15,019 nt of DNA from Myxococcota bacterium (lineage in GTDB: Bacteria; Myxococcota; UBA4151). The stretch spans positions 1 through 15,019 of the forward strand of contig JBDQPD010000085.1 in NCBI GenBank assembly GCA_040260805.1, read 5' to 3'. Under the pieces are notes generated by a model. That model was given only the letters and a program-made list of their open reading frames with translations, did no database searches and was not told where the DNA came from. Numbering within the stretch: the stretch's first letter is position 1; the number at the start of each line of letters is the position of its first letter. This document shows, piece after piece, positions 7,075 through 14,959 of the stretch. Both the position numbers and the translations under genes were made by a program.

Positions 7075-8036
7075 GGCTCCTCCTTGACCTCAGCGAGCCA
7101 GCGCTTGAGGCGGGCTGCGAGTTGCCCGAGAACGGGGCGTGTAGGCAACGCCTTTTCCTGAGCGGTCGGACGCAGCTTGGCGCCTGGCAAGGATTCGAGG
7201 GAGAGCCCCTCAATCGTCAACAGAGGAATCAAACCAGGACTAGCCTCGGTAGCCCGAAGCAGGTTGTCTAAAGCAGCTTTCCAGGCTTCGCCGGTCTGTA
7301 CGGCTAAACGCAACTGACGACCGACCAGGCGAACCCCGGCGCCGCCCCCATCGAGCCGAACAATCCATTGAAAACTGTTGCCATCGCCCCACGCCCGAAC
7401 ATCGCTGACGTAGTCTGGAAAGCCGCCGTAGCGCTTGGCGAGGTCAAAGCGACCGAGGCGCTCTAAGAGCTCCTCGTTGACGCCGAATTCCAAGGCAACA
7501 CCCGCCCCCTCTTCGGATCCATAAACGCTCACCTCGAGCTCGGGTTCAAGCTCAACTTCAGGCAAACCCAAGGGAGATAAGAGGCTTTGAACCCAGGCGC
7601 TAGGCACTCGAACTGACCCCTCACGCTTACCTTTGGGTACGATCAACGAACCCTCGACGAGCACCTGAGCGAAGCGGGTCGGCACCAAATCAAGAGACTG
7701 CATCGCTGCCTTGGGGTCGGCGGGTTTGGGGCATGGGATGAGCGGTTCAACGCGGTGTCCGCGCCGCACAAAGACGCAACGTTCACTCTGACGCCGGACC
7801 ACCACCACGTCACCATCGGTCCAGAGCTTATCAAGCTCAGGGTCGGTCACCTTGATCAAAGCTCGCAGATCGGGAGCCTGCCCGAAATGCTCTAAGGCAA
7901 AGCCAGCAGGCACCTCAACGACTTTGGCAGGCGGCGGCGGCGGCTCAGGCTTTTGATCCAGGGGAGCCGGCGGACGAGAGGTGCAATGGGCAGCGCTCAA
8001 GACCAAAGCGATGGGTAGGACGATGACACGGGTCAT
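7071..8036 (-). CDS. Hypothetical exported protein, possible lipoprotein, with a Pro-rich N-terminal linker
   Basis: ATG 8036 overlaps the M23 gene stop (ATGA). MTRVIVLPIALVLSAAHC has Cys18 but a non-canonical lipobox, followed by RPPAPLDQKPEPPPPPAK. Coupled to neighbours at both ends. No family recognised. Confidence 0.7.
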   Translation of the reverse strand: MTRVIVLPIALVLSAAHCTSRPPAPLDQKPEPPPPPAKVVEVPAGFALEHFGQAPDLRALIKVTDPELDKLWTDGDVVVVRRQSERCVFVRRGHRVEPLIPCPKPADPKAAMQSLDLVPTRFAQVLVEGSLIVPKGKREGSVRVPSAWVQSLLSPLGLPEVELEPELEVSVYGSEEGAGVALEFGVNEELLERLGRFDLAKRYGGFPDYVSDVRAWGDGNSFQWIVRLDGGGAGVRLVGRQLRLAVQTGEAWKAALDNLLRATEASPGLIPLLTIEGLSLESLPGAKLRPTAQEKALPTRPVLGQLAARLKRWLAEVKEEP

Positions 8037-9262
8037 AAGGCTTCGCCTAACCAATCCACGGCGCCGCTCGGTAAGGCCTCCTTGCCATGCAGTAAGGGCA
8101 GCTCGCGTTTAACTCTGGCGAGAAACTGCGCCTTCTTGGCTTTGGGTAGAGCCGCACCTCGGGCAAAGCGCTGCCGCAAGGGGTCCACATAGCGGCCGTG
8201 TCGCTTCATACCGTAATGGAGATGAGGACCGGTCGAGCGCCCCGTCGTGCCGACTCGGCCAATCAACTGGCGCTGCGCAACGTACTGCCCTTTACGCACA
8301 TGAATACGGCTCAGGTGTGCGTAGATAGTCTCATACCCGTTGGCATGACTGACGATAACCAGTTTACCCGACGCGCCGGCCCAAGCTGCATACTTCACGC
8401 GCCCTCGAGCCACAGTCCAAACCTTGGTCCCCGTTGGCGCGCCGTAGTCCACGCCGTTATGCTTTTTGCGTTTTCCAAGCACCGGATGAAACCGCATTCC
8501 GTACGAAGAGGTGATCCGTGTGATCGGGAGCGGATTGCGCAAGAAGGCACGTTGCATCGATCGCCCGGTCGCATCGTAGACTGCAAAGCCGCCCTTTTTG
8601 AGCGAGTGCCGAAAAGCGATCATCTCGCCGTGCAGCCCGCTTGTGTAGACGCCGCTGAGCAGACGCCCGTAGCCCACAAAAACGCCATCAAGATACAGCT
8701 TCTCGACTAGGACACTAAACCGATCATCGACTCGAGTCTCTCGATAGAAATCCATCGCCCAGCCGAACAACTCGACGTAGTTGTTGAGCAAAACCGGGTA
8801 CTCACCAAGCGCATCAACAGCCTCGGACAAGGTGCTTTTGACGACACCAGTGACTCGAGCCAGCTTGATATCCACCGCGAAATCGACCTGACGAGATTCA
8901 AACTCATCGCCTTTGGATTGCGCCCGCACCACATCGGGCATCTCAGTGGCATACTCTCGGCGCACCTCAATGAACTCGACGCGTCTGCCCTCAAGGCGCA
9001 AGGTCACCAAGTCTTTGGAGCGCAAACGACGGTAATCAATACCCTTTTTTCGCTCTTTGGTTCGTCGCGTCGCCGAGATCAGTCGGTGCGCTTCGGAGCC
9101 CGGCACTCCTAGATCGTCAAGCACCTCACCAAAGGTTCGCTTACCCACCCGGACGGTGACCACCATCACCGGCTCGGCGACCGGCTGCGCTCCGGCATCG
9201 AGCGCCGGCTTGGCGCCCACATCACCTGCAGCGGCAAGTGTTAACATCAGCGTCAGACTCAT
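8033..9262 (-). CDS. M23 family zinc metalloendopeptidase (peptidoglycan DD-endopeptidase, MepM-like)
   Basis: RITSSYGMRFHPVL, HxxxD (HNGVDYGAPTGT), YAHLS, GRSTGPHLHY (HxH), VDPL. The preceding domain (FGWAMDFYRETRVDDRFSVLVEK) is typical of long three-domain M23 proteins. Confidence 0.93.
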   Translation of the reverse strand: MSLTLMLTLAAAGDVGAKPALDAGAQPVAEPVMVVTVRVGKRTFGEVLDDLGVPGSEAHRLISATRRTKERKKGIDYRRLRSKDLVTLRLEGRRVEFIEVRREYATEMPDVVRAQSKGDEFESRQVDFAVDIKLARVTGVVKSTLSEAVDALGEYPVLLNNYVELFGWAMDFYRETRVDDRFSVLVEKLYLDGVFVGYGRLLSGVYTSGLHGEMIAFRHSLKKGGFAVYDATGRSMQRAFLRNPLPITRITSSYGMRFHPVLGKRKKHNGVDYGAPTGTKVWTVARGRVKYAAWAGASGKLVIVSHANGYETIYAHLSRIHVRKGQYVAQRQLIGRVGTTGRSTGPHLHYGMKRHGRYVDPLRQRFARGAALPKAKKAQFLARVKRELPLLHGKEALPSGAVDWLGEAL

Positions 9263-9265
9263 CGG

Positions 9266-10339
9266 TCAGCGCCTCTTCTTTTTAAAGTATTGAATCTGCC
9301 ATTTGTTGACCGCCTGCTGATGGCAGCGAAGCGTCGGACAAAAGACGTGACTGCCATCGTTTCGAGACACGAAGAACAAGGCTTTGGTCGTCGCAGGGTT
9401 GACCGCAGCTTCAATGGCTTCTCGCCCCGAAGCGGCGATCGGCGTCGCCGGTAAACCATGGTGTACATAACAGTTCCACGGATGCGGCCTGCGAATATCT
9501 TTTCGGCGAATATTCCCATTATAGCCGACGATTCCATAGATGATGGTGGGGTCCGTTTCGAGCCTGATTCCCTGACGTAAGCGATTGTGAAACACACCTG
9601 AAATAATCGGTCGCTCGCTCGCTTTGCCGGTCTCTTTTTCGACGACGCTCGCCATGCTCAAGACTTGGACGTGCGACCACCCCAGAGCCTTCGCCTTTTT
9701 GGCGATCTCAGGGTCGTTGAGTACCTGGCGCGTCTGAGACACCATCTGCTTGATCAAGTCCCGCTCGCTGGTGGTGCGAGTGAACGTGTAGGTCGTTGGA
9801 AAAAGCCAGCCCTCGAAGCGTTCGGCGTTGGGATGCCCAACGACCCGGCGCGGGAACTGAGGTAGCTTGAGCTGATCGGCGAAGCCCTGGTCTTTGGTCA
9901 GCTTGCGTAAGGTCTTTTCGTCCAGGAGTTCGTGCGCTCCTAATCGCTGGACAATCTCGCCAACCCGTAAGCCCTCAGGAATGGTGAGCGTGTAGGACTT
10001 AACCTTGCCTGCGTTGAGGTGCCGCAAGAGCGCCATGAGCGACCAACTCGTTTGGATCTCGTATTCGCCAGCCTTGGGCATCGGGAGCGTGCCGGAGCGC
10101 CATCGCTCGTAGCGCAGCGCGAGGTAAGCCTCTTGAGCGCTCGTCACCAAGCCGCGGCTCTCGAGCTCGCCGAGTAAGCGCCTCAAACTGGTTCCTTTGG
10201 TGACCTCAAGCACCTCGTCGCTTGGAACCTCACTCATCGGCGCGCTCAAAGCGCTCTGAATTCGGTCCATCGCCAGCTTGTAGGTCACCCCTGCGCCGGC
10301 GACCATCAAACCCAATACGATCAGGATCACGCGTTTCAC
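9266..10339 (-). CDS. mltG: Endolytic transglycosylase MltG (YceG family)
   Basis: N-terminal membrane anchor, KAGEY, LTIPEG, EGWLFPTTY, MASVVEKETG (catalytic Glu), ISGVFHNRL, LETDPT, GLPATPIA, LFFVSRNDGSHVF. Confidence 0.96.
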   Translation of the reverse strand: MKRVILIVLGLMVAGAGVTYKLAMDRIQSALSAPMSEVPSDEVLEVTKGTSLRRLLGELESRGLVTSAQEAYLALRYERWRSGTLPMPKAGEYEIQTSWSLMALLRHLNAGKVKSYTLTIPEGLRVGEIVQRLGAHELLDEKTLRKLTKDQGFADQLKLPQFPRRVVGHPNAERFEGWLFPTTYTFTRTTSERDLIKQMVSQTRQVLNDPEIAKKAKALGWSHVQVLSMASVVEKETGKASERPIISGVFHNRLRQGIRLETDPTIIYGIVGYNGNIRRKDIRRPHPWNCYVHHGLPATPIAASGREAIEAAVNPATTKALFFVSRNDGSHVFCPTLRCHQQAVNKWQIQYFKKKRR

Positions 10340-10345
10340 TGTGTA

Positions 10346-10744
10346 CTACCCTTCGCGCCCGCTCGAGGGCTCCCACGGTCCATCGGCCAAAAAGCGCGAC
10401 AAGATGAGCGCGGCAGCTGCGGCATCTTTATCTAAACTCGGAAACCGTTGTTTTGCCTCATCTGTTGACTCTGCCTCATCGACGAAAACCAGAGGTCGAT
10501 CAACCGCCTCGGCGAGCGCATAGGCAACTCGTCGACACTTGCGAGCGGCTTCGCCTATTTTTCCGCGCCTTAACGGCAACCCAAAGACCAAAAGATCGAC
10601 CTCGAGCTCCTCGACTTGTCGTCCCAGTTCATGCTCGAGGGCGCCACGATCGACGGTCGGCAAAGGCTCGACCAATCCGGCATGGGTGCACCAGGCTAAA
10701 CCAGTGCGCTTCGCCCCGAGATCAACTGAGAGGTAGGTCGTCAT
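10346..10744 (-). CDS. ruvX: YqgF/RuvX family nuclease (putative pre-16S rRNA maturation nuclease, Holliday junction resolvase-like)
   Basis: Start reassigned to ATG 10744 (AGGAGG at 10749-10754): MTTYLSVDLGAKRTGLA...LVFGLP...VFVDEAEST...DAAAAALILSRFL, 132 aa. Sits immediately upstream of mltG, a common arrangement. Confidence 0.9.
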   Translation of the reverse strand: MTTYLSVDLGAKRTGLAWCTHAGLVEPLPTVDRGALEHELGRQVEELEVDLLVFGLPLRRGKIGEAARKCRRVAYALAEAVDRPLVFVDEAESTDEAKQRFPSLDKDAAAAALILSRFLADGPWEPSSGREG

Positions 10745-10748
10745 ACCC

Positions 10749-10754
10749 CCTCCT
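10749..10754 (-). promoter_or_regulatory. Shine-Dalgarno site for ruvX
   Basis: Minus strand reads AGGAGGGGGT-ATG. Confidence 0.6.
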
Positions 10755-10824
10755 GCCTCCACCCACCTTGGAGCCGCAAGCCGAATCCGATACAAGCGAG
10801 CACGCAGGCAATTGAGGGACGAAT

Positions 10825-11142
10825 ATGAAGCCGCAAACCGTGATCGCGTTGATGCTGCTGGTGACGAGCCTTGGTTGCTCAACAAAGAACGAGGGCAAAC
10901 CAAGCTGCGAGGACGCATGCCGCGTCGCCAACATGAGCAACAACGACCTCAAGGCAAAGTTTGGCTCCAAAGAAGTACCCAAACGCTATGCCTTCGCTAC
11001 GCCCTTCGTGGAGGGTGAAAGCTACAAGGAATTCAAGGTATGTTTGGATGAGGCGGTCAAACAAAAGACGACCACGGACGCGCTGGGCTGCTCGGAGCGA
11101 GCTCATAAAGTGTGCGTCACCGTTTGCGAGCAGGCGCCCTAA
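10825..11142 (+). CDS. Small hypothetical lipoprotein with six additional cysteines
   Basis: MKPQTVIALMLLVTSLG-C lipobox and GAGGG upstream of the ATG. Fills the gap between ruvX and the TPR gene without overlap. Mature part has CEDAC, C, C and CVTVC. Confidence 0.8.
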   Translation: MKPQTVIALMLLVTSLGCSTKNEGKPSCEDACRVANMSNNDLKAKFGSKEVPKRYAFATPFVEGESYKEFKVCLDEAVKQKTTTDALGCSERAHKVCVTVCEQAP

Positions 11143-11148
11143 GCGATT

Positions 11149-12417
11149 TTAGTTGGTCAGATCACCAGGCGCGGTTTTCGATGCCTGATCCGAGGCTTCG
11201 GGTTCTACCTTTTCGGCGGCAGCAAGCTGTTCGACCTCGGCCTCTTGGTCGGAGGCGTCGTCGAGCTTCTTCTCGATGGTCGGGTCGAGGTATTCGTCAA
11301 AGTACATCTTCTCAACCCGGGCGAGCTTCTTTTTCGTCTCTCGAACCCAGATGTTGTCGGTGCCGGTGCGCGCAGCGAACTCCAAGGCGGAGGTCCAGGT
11401 CTTGATGGCTTTGCGCAACAATACGGCGACCTTCTTGGTCAGCTCACGCTTGTATTCTAACCCTTGCAGTTCGGTCAGGTCATCAGGCCGGGGTAACTCC
11501 TGCATGTGAGCATATAAGCCCTCATACATCGTCCCTACCTGGTGCGCTGCAGCGCTCGCCCAGCCGAAATGACGGGTCCGGATGGCGCGCACGTAGCTGA
11601 CCTGCGCATCGAGCAGATGATTGCACTTGTCATCGAGCAACTTCGCCATGGCTTTGGACTCCGTCGCAGCACCCAGGTCGACTTTTCGAAAGTCTGTTCG
11701 GCTTAACTCACCCAAATAGAAATGCGCCTGACCCATGTAATAGCGGTCATCCAAGAACTCGCTCTGCTTCTTGAGGTTGTGCACGTCGACGCCTTGCTGG
11801 AAGCGTTTTTTCGCGTCTTCAAGCTCGCCGTTCATGAACAGCCCAACTCCGAGGCTAACCAAGCTGCCGATCTTCATCTCCGTGGGCATCGCAAAGTTAT
11901 CAAGCAGGCCGGTAAAGAGGTCGATCACCTCGTCGTATTGGCGTTTCTCTGCATAGCATGAGCCCATGGCGAAACGAGCGTCGACATAGTCTTCGGCGTC
12001 ATCCTCTGGATCGAGCATATCCACGGACTCTTCAAAGCGAGGGAGCGCTTCGCCGCATCGATTCAAGCGCTGAAGACAAGTAGCTGAGCCGAGCAAGGCA
12101 AAGACCCGCTGAACCGCGCTCGGGTATTCGGCGAGCAGACGGTTCCAAATACTGAGCGACTTCGCCCAGCGCTGATCTTCTTGAGCCCTACTCGCGAGCT
12201 CATAAAGCGCCGCTGCGGATAGCCCCGTGAGCGGATCCGGCATCGCCTTTTTCTCGTTCGCAGTCAGCGTTGGCAGCGGTCGACCCACGATATGTGTCGG
12301 CGCAAACCGGTGGCGCGTCACTCGCTTAATCGTCACCCCTTTGGGGGTAACCTGGCGCTCTGCCGAGGTCGCACAACCAACCGATAAGAGCACAAAGCCC
12401 GTCATCAATCGTGTCAT
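11149..12417 (-). CDS. Tetratricopeptide-repeat lipoprotein
   Basis: Lipobox MTRLMTGFVLLSVG-C. TPR-like helical pairs (ALLGSATCLQRLNRCGEALPRFE; ARFAMGSCYAEKRQYDEVIDLF; SLVSLGVGLFMNGELEDAKKRF; AHFYLGEL) and an acidic low-complexity tail. The start overlaps the upstream stop by 1 base (TAATG). Confidence 0.88.
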   Translation of the reverse strand: MTRLMTGFVLLSVGCATSAERQVTPKGVTIKRVTRHRFAPTHIVGRPLPTLTANEKKAMPDPLTGLSAAALYELASRAQEDQRWAKSLSIWNRLLAEYPSAVQRVFALLGSATCLQRLNRCGEALPRFEESVDMLDPEDDAEDYVDARFAMGSCYAEKRQYDEVIDLFTGLLDNFAMPTEMKIGSLVSLGVGLFMNGELEDAKKRFQQGVDVHNLKKQSEFLDDRYYMGQAHFYLGELSRTDFRKVDLGAATESKAMAKLLDDKCNHLLDAQVSYVRAIRTRHFGWASAAAHQVGTMYEGLYAHMQELPRPDDLTELQGLEYKRELTKKVAVLLRKAIKTWTSALEFAARTGTDNIWVRETKKKLARVEKMYFDEYLDPTIEKKLDDASDQEAEVEQLAAAEKVEPEASDQASKTAPGDLTN

Positions 12418-13457
12418 TATCGACTCCAGAATTGCTCCGGCACTTGCGCCGAGAGCAGAGCTAAATCCTGCAAACTTTGAGGCTCTTTATCCAAGCATGC
12501 GATCGGGTGCACCGCCACTCCGGCTAGTCGAGTCGCTAAATCATCCAGCCTGCTCAGGTCACGGCTAGCCTGTTGCGAACGCACCTCTGCGCGGTTGGCT
12601 CCAAACGCCAACCACGCGGCGTCCGGCTTACCCTCCCAAGCGATCGCCGGAGGCGAAGCGACCATGCGGTTTGCGAAAGCAGCGCTCAAGCCCAGGCGGC
12701 GGACTTTGAGCTCATGGACCAAGCGCTTCGCCGCCACTTCGCCCTCACGGTCAGGCGCCGTGACCAGTACGTACTCGGTCTGCGCTCCGCGCTGCAGCGC
12801 CATCACCTGTCGGCCTCGATCGCCCATGTATTCCAAAACATCCCGACTCAAGCTCAAGAAATCGATCAGATCGTCGAGCATTTCACGCCCCGTCAATCGA
12901 GACAGAACCTTTAAGACCAAGGTGCGAGACAGGCGGAAGCTTCCCTTGCCGAGCAACAATTCTAAGATCTTTGAATCCATGAACCCTGCAAACCGCTCCG
13001 GCGCATCGAGAAACCCAAGCGCATCTTGAGCAGGCGGGGTGTCCAAAACAATTCGATCAAACCCGCCCGCTTCGAGCAGATGCGCCAGATAATCGGTGGT
13101 GATGATCTCAGCGCTTCCGCCGAGCTCATCACGAAGGTGCTGGTAAAACCGGTTGGCTAACAAACGAGAGACGCTGCTTGCGGGCATGCTTCGGCGCGCT
13201 GCGCATCGCTCGACCATCTGATCCCAAGCTTTTGCCCGGTCCAAAGTCGCCGCAAAGAAGCCCGGCTGCTCAACCACCTCGATCGGCTGATGCGGTAAAT
13301 CCTCACTCCCAAGCGCCTGAGCCAAACGCTTGGCAGGATCAACCGTCACCACCACCGTCTTTTCGCCGCGCCGTGCCGCAGCCAGAGCAAGACTCGCCGA
13401 CAAGGTGGTCTTTCCCACCCCGCCTGGGCCTAAAACGATGGTCAGTTTCGTACTCAT
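12417..13457 (-). CDS. ArsA/Get3-family (SIMIBI) ATPase, second subunit of a pair (BagB-like)
   Basis: Walker A GPGGVGKTT, switch I VTVDPAKRLAQALG, Walker B/switch II IVLDTPPAQDALGFLDAP, and a later NR motif. Confidence 0.9.
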   Translation of the reverse strand: MSTKLTIVLGPGGVGKTTLSASLALAAARRGEKTVVVTVDPAKRLAQALGSEDLPHQPIEVVEQPGFFAATLDRAKAWDQMVERCAARRSMPASSVSRLLANRFYQHLRDELGGSAEIITTDYLAHLLEAGGFDRIVLDTPPAQDALGFLDAPERFAGFMDSKILELLLGKGSFRLSRTLVLKVLSRLTGREMLDDLIDFLSLSRDVLEYMGDRGRQVMALQRGAQTEYVLVTAPDREGEVAAKRLVHELKVRRLGLSAAFANRMVASPPAIAWEGKPDAAWLAFGANRAEVRSQQASRDLSRLDDLATRLAGVAVHPIACLDKEPQSLQDLALLSAQVPEQFWSR

Positions 13458-14335
13458 CGTAGCGACCTAAAGTGCTCAGCTAAGCGGCCCACCACGGCGC
13501 GGCCAGCGCCCGGGAACTCAGGGCAATCGATGCGCTCAAGCTTCGAGTCTCGCTCAGCGGCAGCTAAGCGCTCATGCTCGGCGAGGGCTCGCTCTACCTC
13601 GGTGGTCATAAACTCAGACCAGTCGGAATCGCCTTCAGGAATCACGCCGGTCGGCGGCTGGTCTGGCACGCGGTTGCAGACCAAAAGACCCACCGGCATC
13701 TGAGCGCGTTGACGCAGCGCATCGGCGAGTTGAACAGCCTCTCGACAGCTCATCGAAGCCGTCAGCGTGACCACGTGCACAGCTGTCTGGTTAGGATCGG
13801 CGAGAAACTTAACAATGCGCTGGGTCTCTTTGCGCATCGGCCCCGGAGGCGACATCTGATGAATCAGAGTCGGCGAGCGCAAGGTGATGAGAGCGTGGCC
13901 ACTAGCGGGAGCCTCAAGGACGACGTGGTCGAACTGCCCAGCGCCACGCTCTGTCACATGCCAAAATAGCTTGCCGAGCTGATTGACCGCATTAAGCCCA
14001 GGCACAAAATCCAGCAGATTGCGGACCAAACGATTGGCGAAGACGATGCGAGCCATGCGCTCAAACTTTAAGACCTTGATCGCATACTCAAGCCGCGCCG
14101 ACTCGCCGCTCATCGAAACCGCCCACACGCCGGGCAAAACCTCGCGTTCCGTGTCGTCCAAAGGCATGCAACCCAACAGGCGAGACACGTCATCCGAGCC
14201 ATCAAGGGTAGCGAGCAAAACACGCTTCTTGCCATCTTCAGCCAAGGCTAAGGCTAACGCAGCAGCCACCGCAGACTTACCCACCCCACCTTTGCCGGTG
14301 ATCACTTGCATGGGCTTGGTCGTCAGTTTGTGCAT
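13454..14335 (-). CDS. ArsA/Get3-family (SIMIBI) ATPase, first subunit of a pair (BagA-like)
   Basis: Deviant Walker A TGKGGVGKS, VPGL segment, VVLEAPASGH (family consensus DxxxxGH), VCNR. ATGA overlap with the second ATPase. Confidence 0.9.
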   Translation of the reverse strand: MHKLTTKPMQVITGKGGVGKSAVAAALALALAEDGKKRVLLATLDGSDDVSRLLGCMPLDDTEREVLPGVWAVSMSGESARLEYAIKVLKFERMARIVFANRLVRNLLDFVPGLNAVNQLGKLFWHVTERGAGQFDHVVLEAPASGHALITLRSPTLIHQMSPPGPMRKETQRIVKFLADPNQTAVHVVTLTASMSCREAVQLADALRQRAQMPVGLLVCNRVPDQPPTGVIPEGDSDWSEFMTTEVERALAEHERLAAAERDSKLERIDCPEFPGAGRAVVGRLAEHFRSLR

Positions 14336-14410
14336 GAAGCGCTGCTAGCTCGATTTGAGTGTTAGGAACACCGACTTGCGCTCTCCTCGTCAAGCGGTCA
14401 TTCATGCACC

Positions 14411-14959
14411 ATGAAACACTTGCTCTTGGCATGCGTCATGATCGTCTCGGGTGCCTGTGGTGGTATCACCGGTGAACTGTCCAACAACACCGGGGTTAAT
14501 CGCAGCGTCGACCTATCCGGCGCGGTGTTCGCTTGGGTCGATCAAAGCGACGCTGATCTGGTCAGCTGGGAGAGCCCCAGACTGGCCCTGGCCTTCACTG
14601 GACTCAGCCTCGACCCCGAAGACGACCTGCTCGAACTATCAGGATCCAACCTAGCCGATCTGCAGCTGCGTTTCGCCACCGGCGATATCCTCGCGATCTT
14701 AGTCCCGGATGCGGCACGGCAGAGCGGCTCGACGACTCTTGAAGCTGAGCTGGTACCGGGCGCCTTTCGCTGCCCGCCGCTCAACCAACCCCTGATCAAC
14801 AGCCAGCCGCTCGCATGTTATTCAGCGGCGCCTGAGACGCTGGACTCATCGGCGGGCTTTGACGGCTTCGCCCCGATCGGTCGCAAGGCTAAGCTGACGA
14901 TCGGGGCGAACCCATCAAAGCCCGCCGATGAGTCCAGCGTCTCAGGCGCCGCTGAATAA
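14411..14959 (+). CDS. Hypothetical lipoprotein (C-terminus probably not genuine; see inverted repeat)
   Basis: MKHLLLACVMIVSGA-C lipoprotein-type signal, divergent from the ATPase pair. The last 14 residues and the stop codon lie in the perfectly inverted copy that starts at 14915. Confidence 0.7.
   Translation: MKHLLLACVMIVSGACGGITGELSNNTGVNRSVDLSGAVFAWVDQSDADLVSWESPRLALAFTGLSLDPEDDLLELSGSNLADLQLRFATGDILAILVPDAARQSGSTTLEAELVPGAFRCPPLNQPLINSQPLACYSAAPETLDSSAGFDGFAPIGRKAKLTIGANPSKPADESSVSGAAE

Noticed and set aside
10745..10918. 58-aa N-terminal extension of RuvX
   Set aside because: It overlaps the plus-strand lipoprotein gene. The YqgF fold begins at MTTYLSVDLG, directly after AGGAGG.
12417..14335. 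Arsenic-resistance (arsA) operon
   Set aside because: No arsenite pump, reductase, ArsD or ArsR is in the window, and the motif pattern fits a BagA/BagB- or Get3-like pair.
250..14799. Numerous short alternative-frame and antisense ORFs in the track (e.g. 3738..4301, 8198..8710, 12595..13029)
   Set aside because: They lie within well-supported genes, have no recognisable motifs, and are expected shadows in GC-rich DNA.
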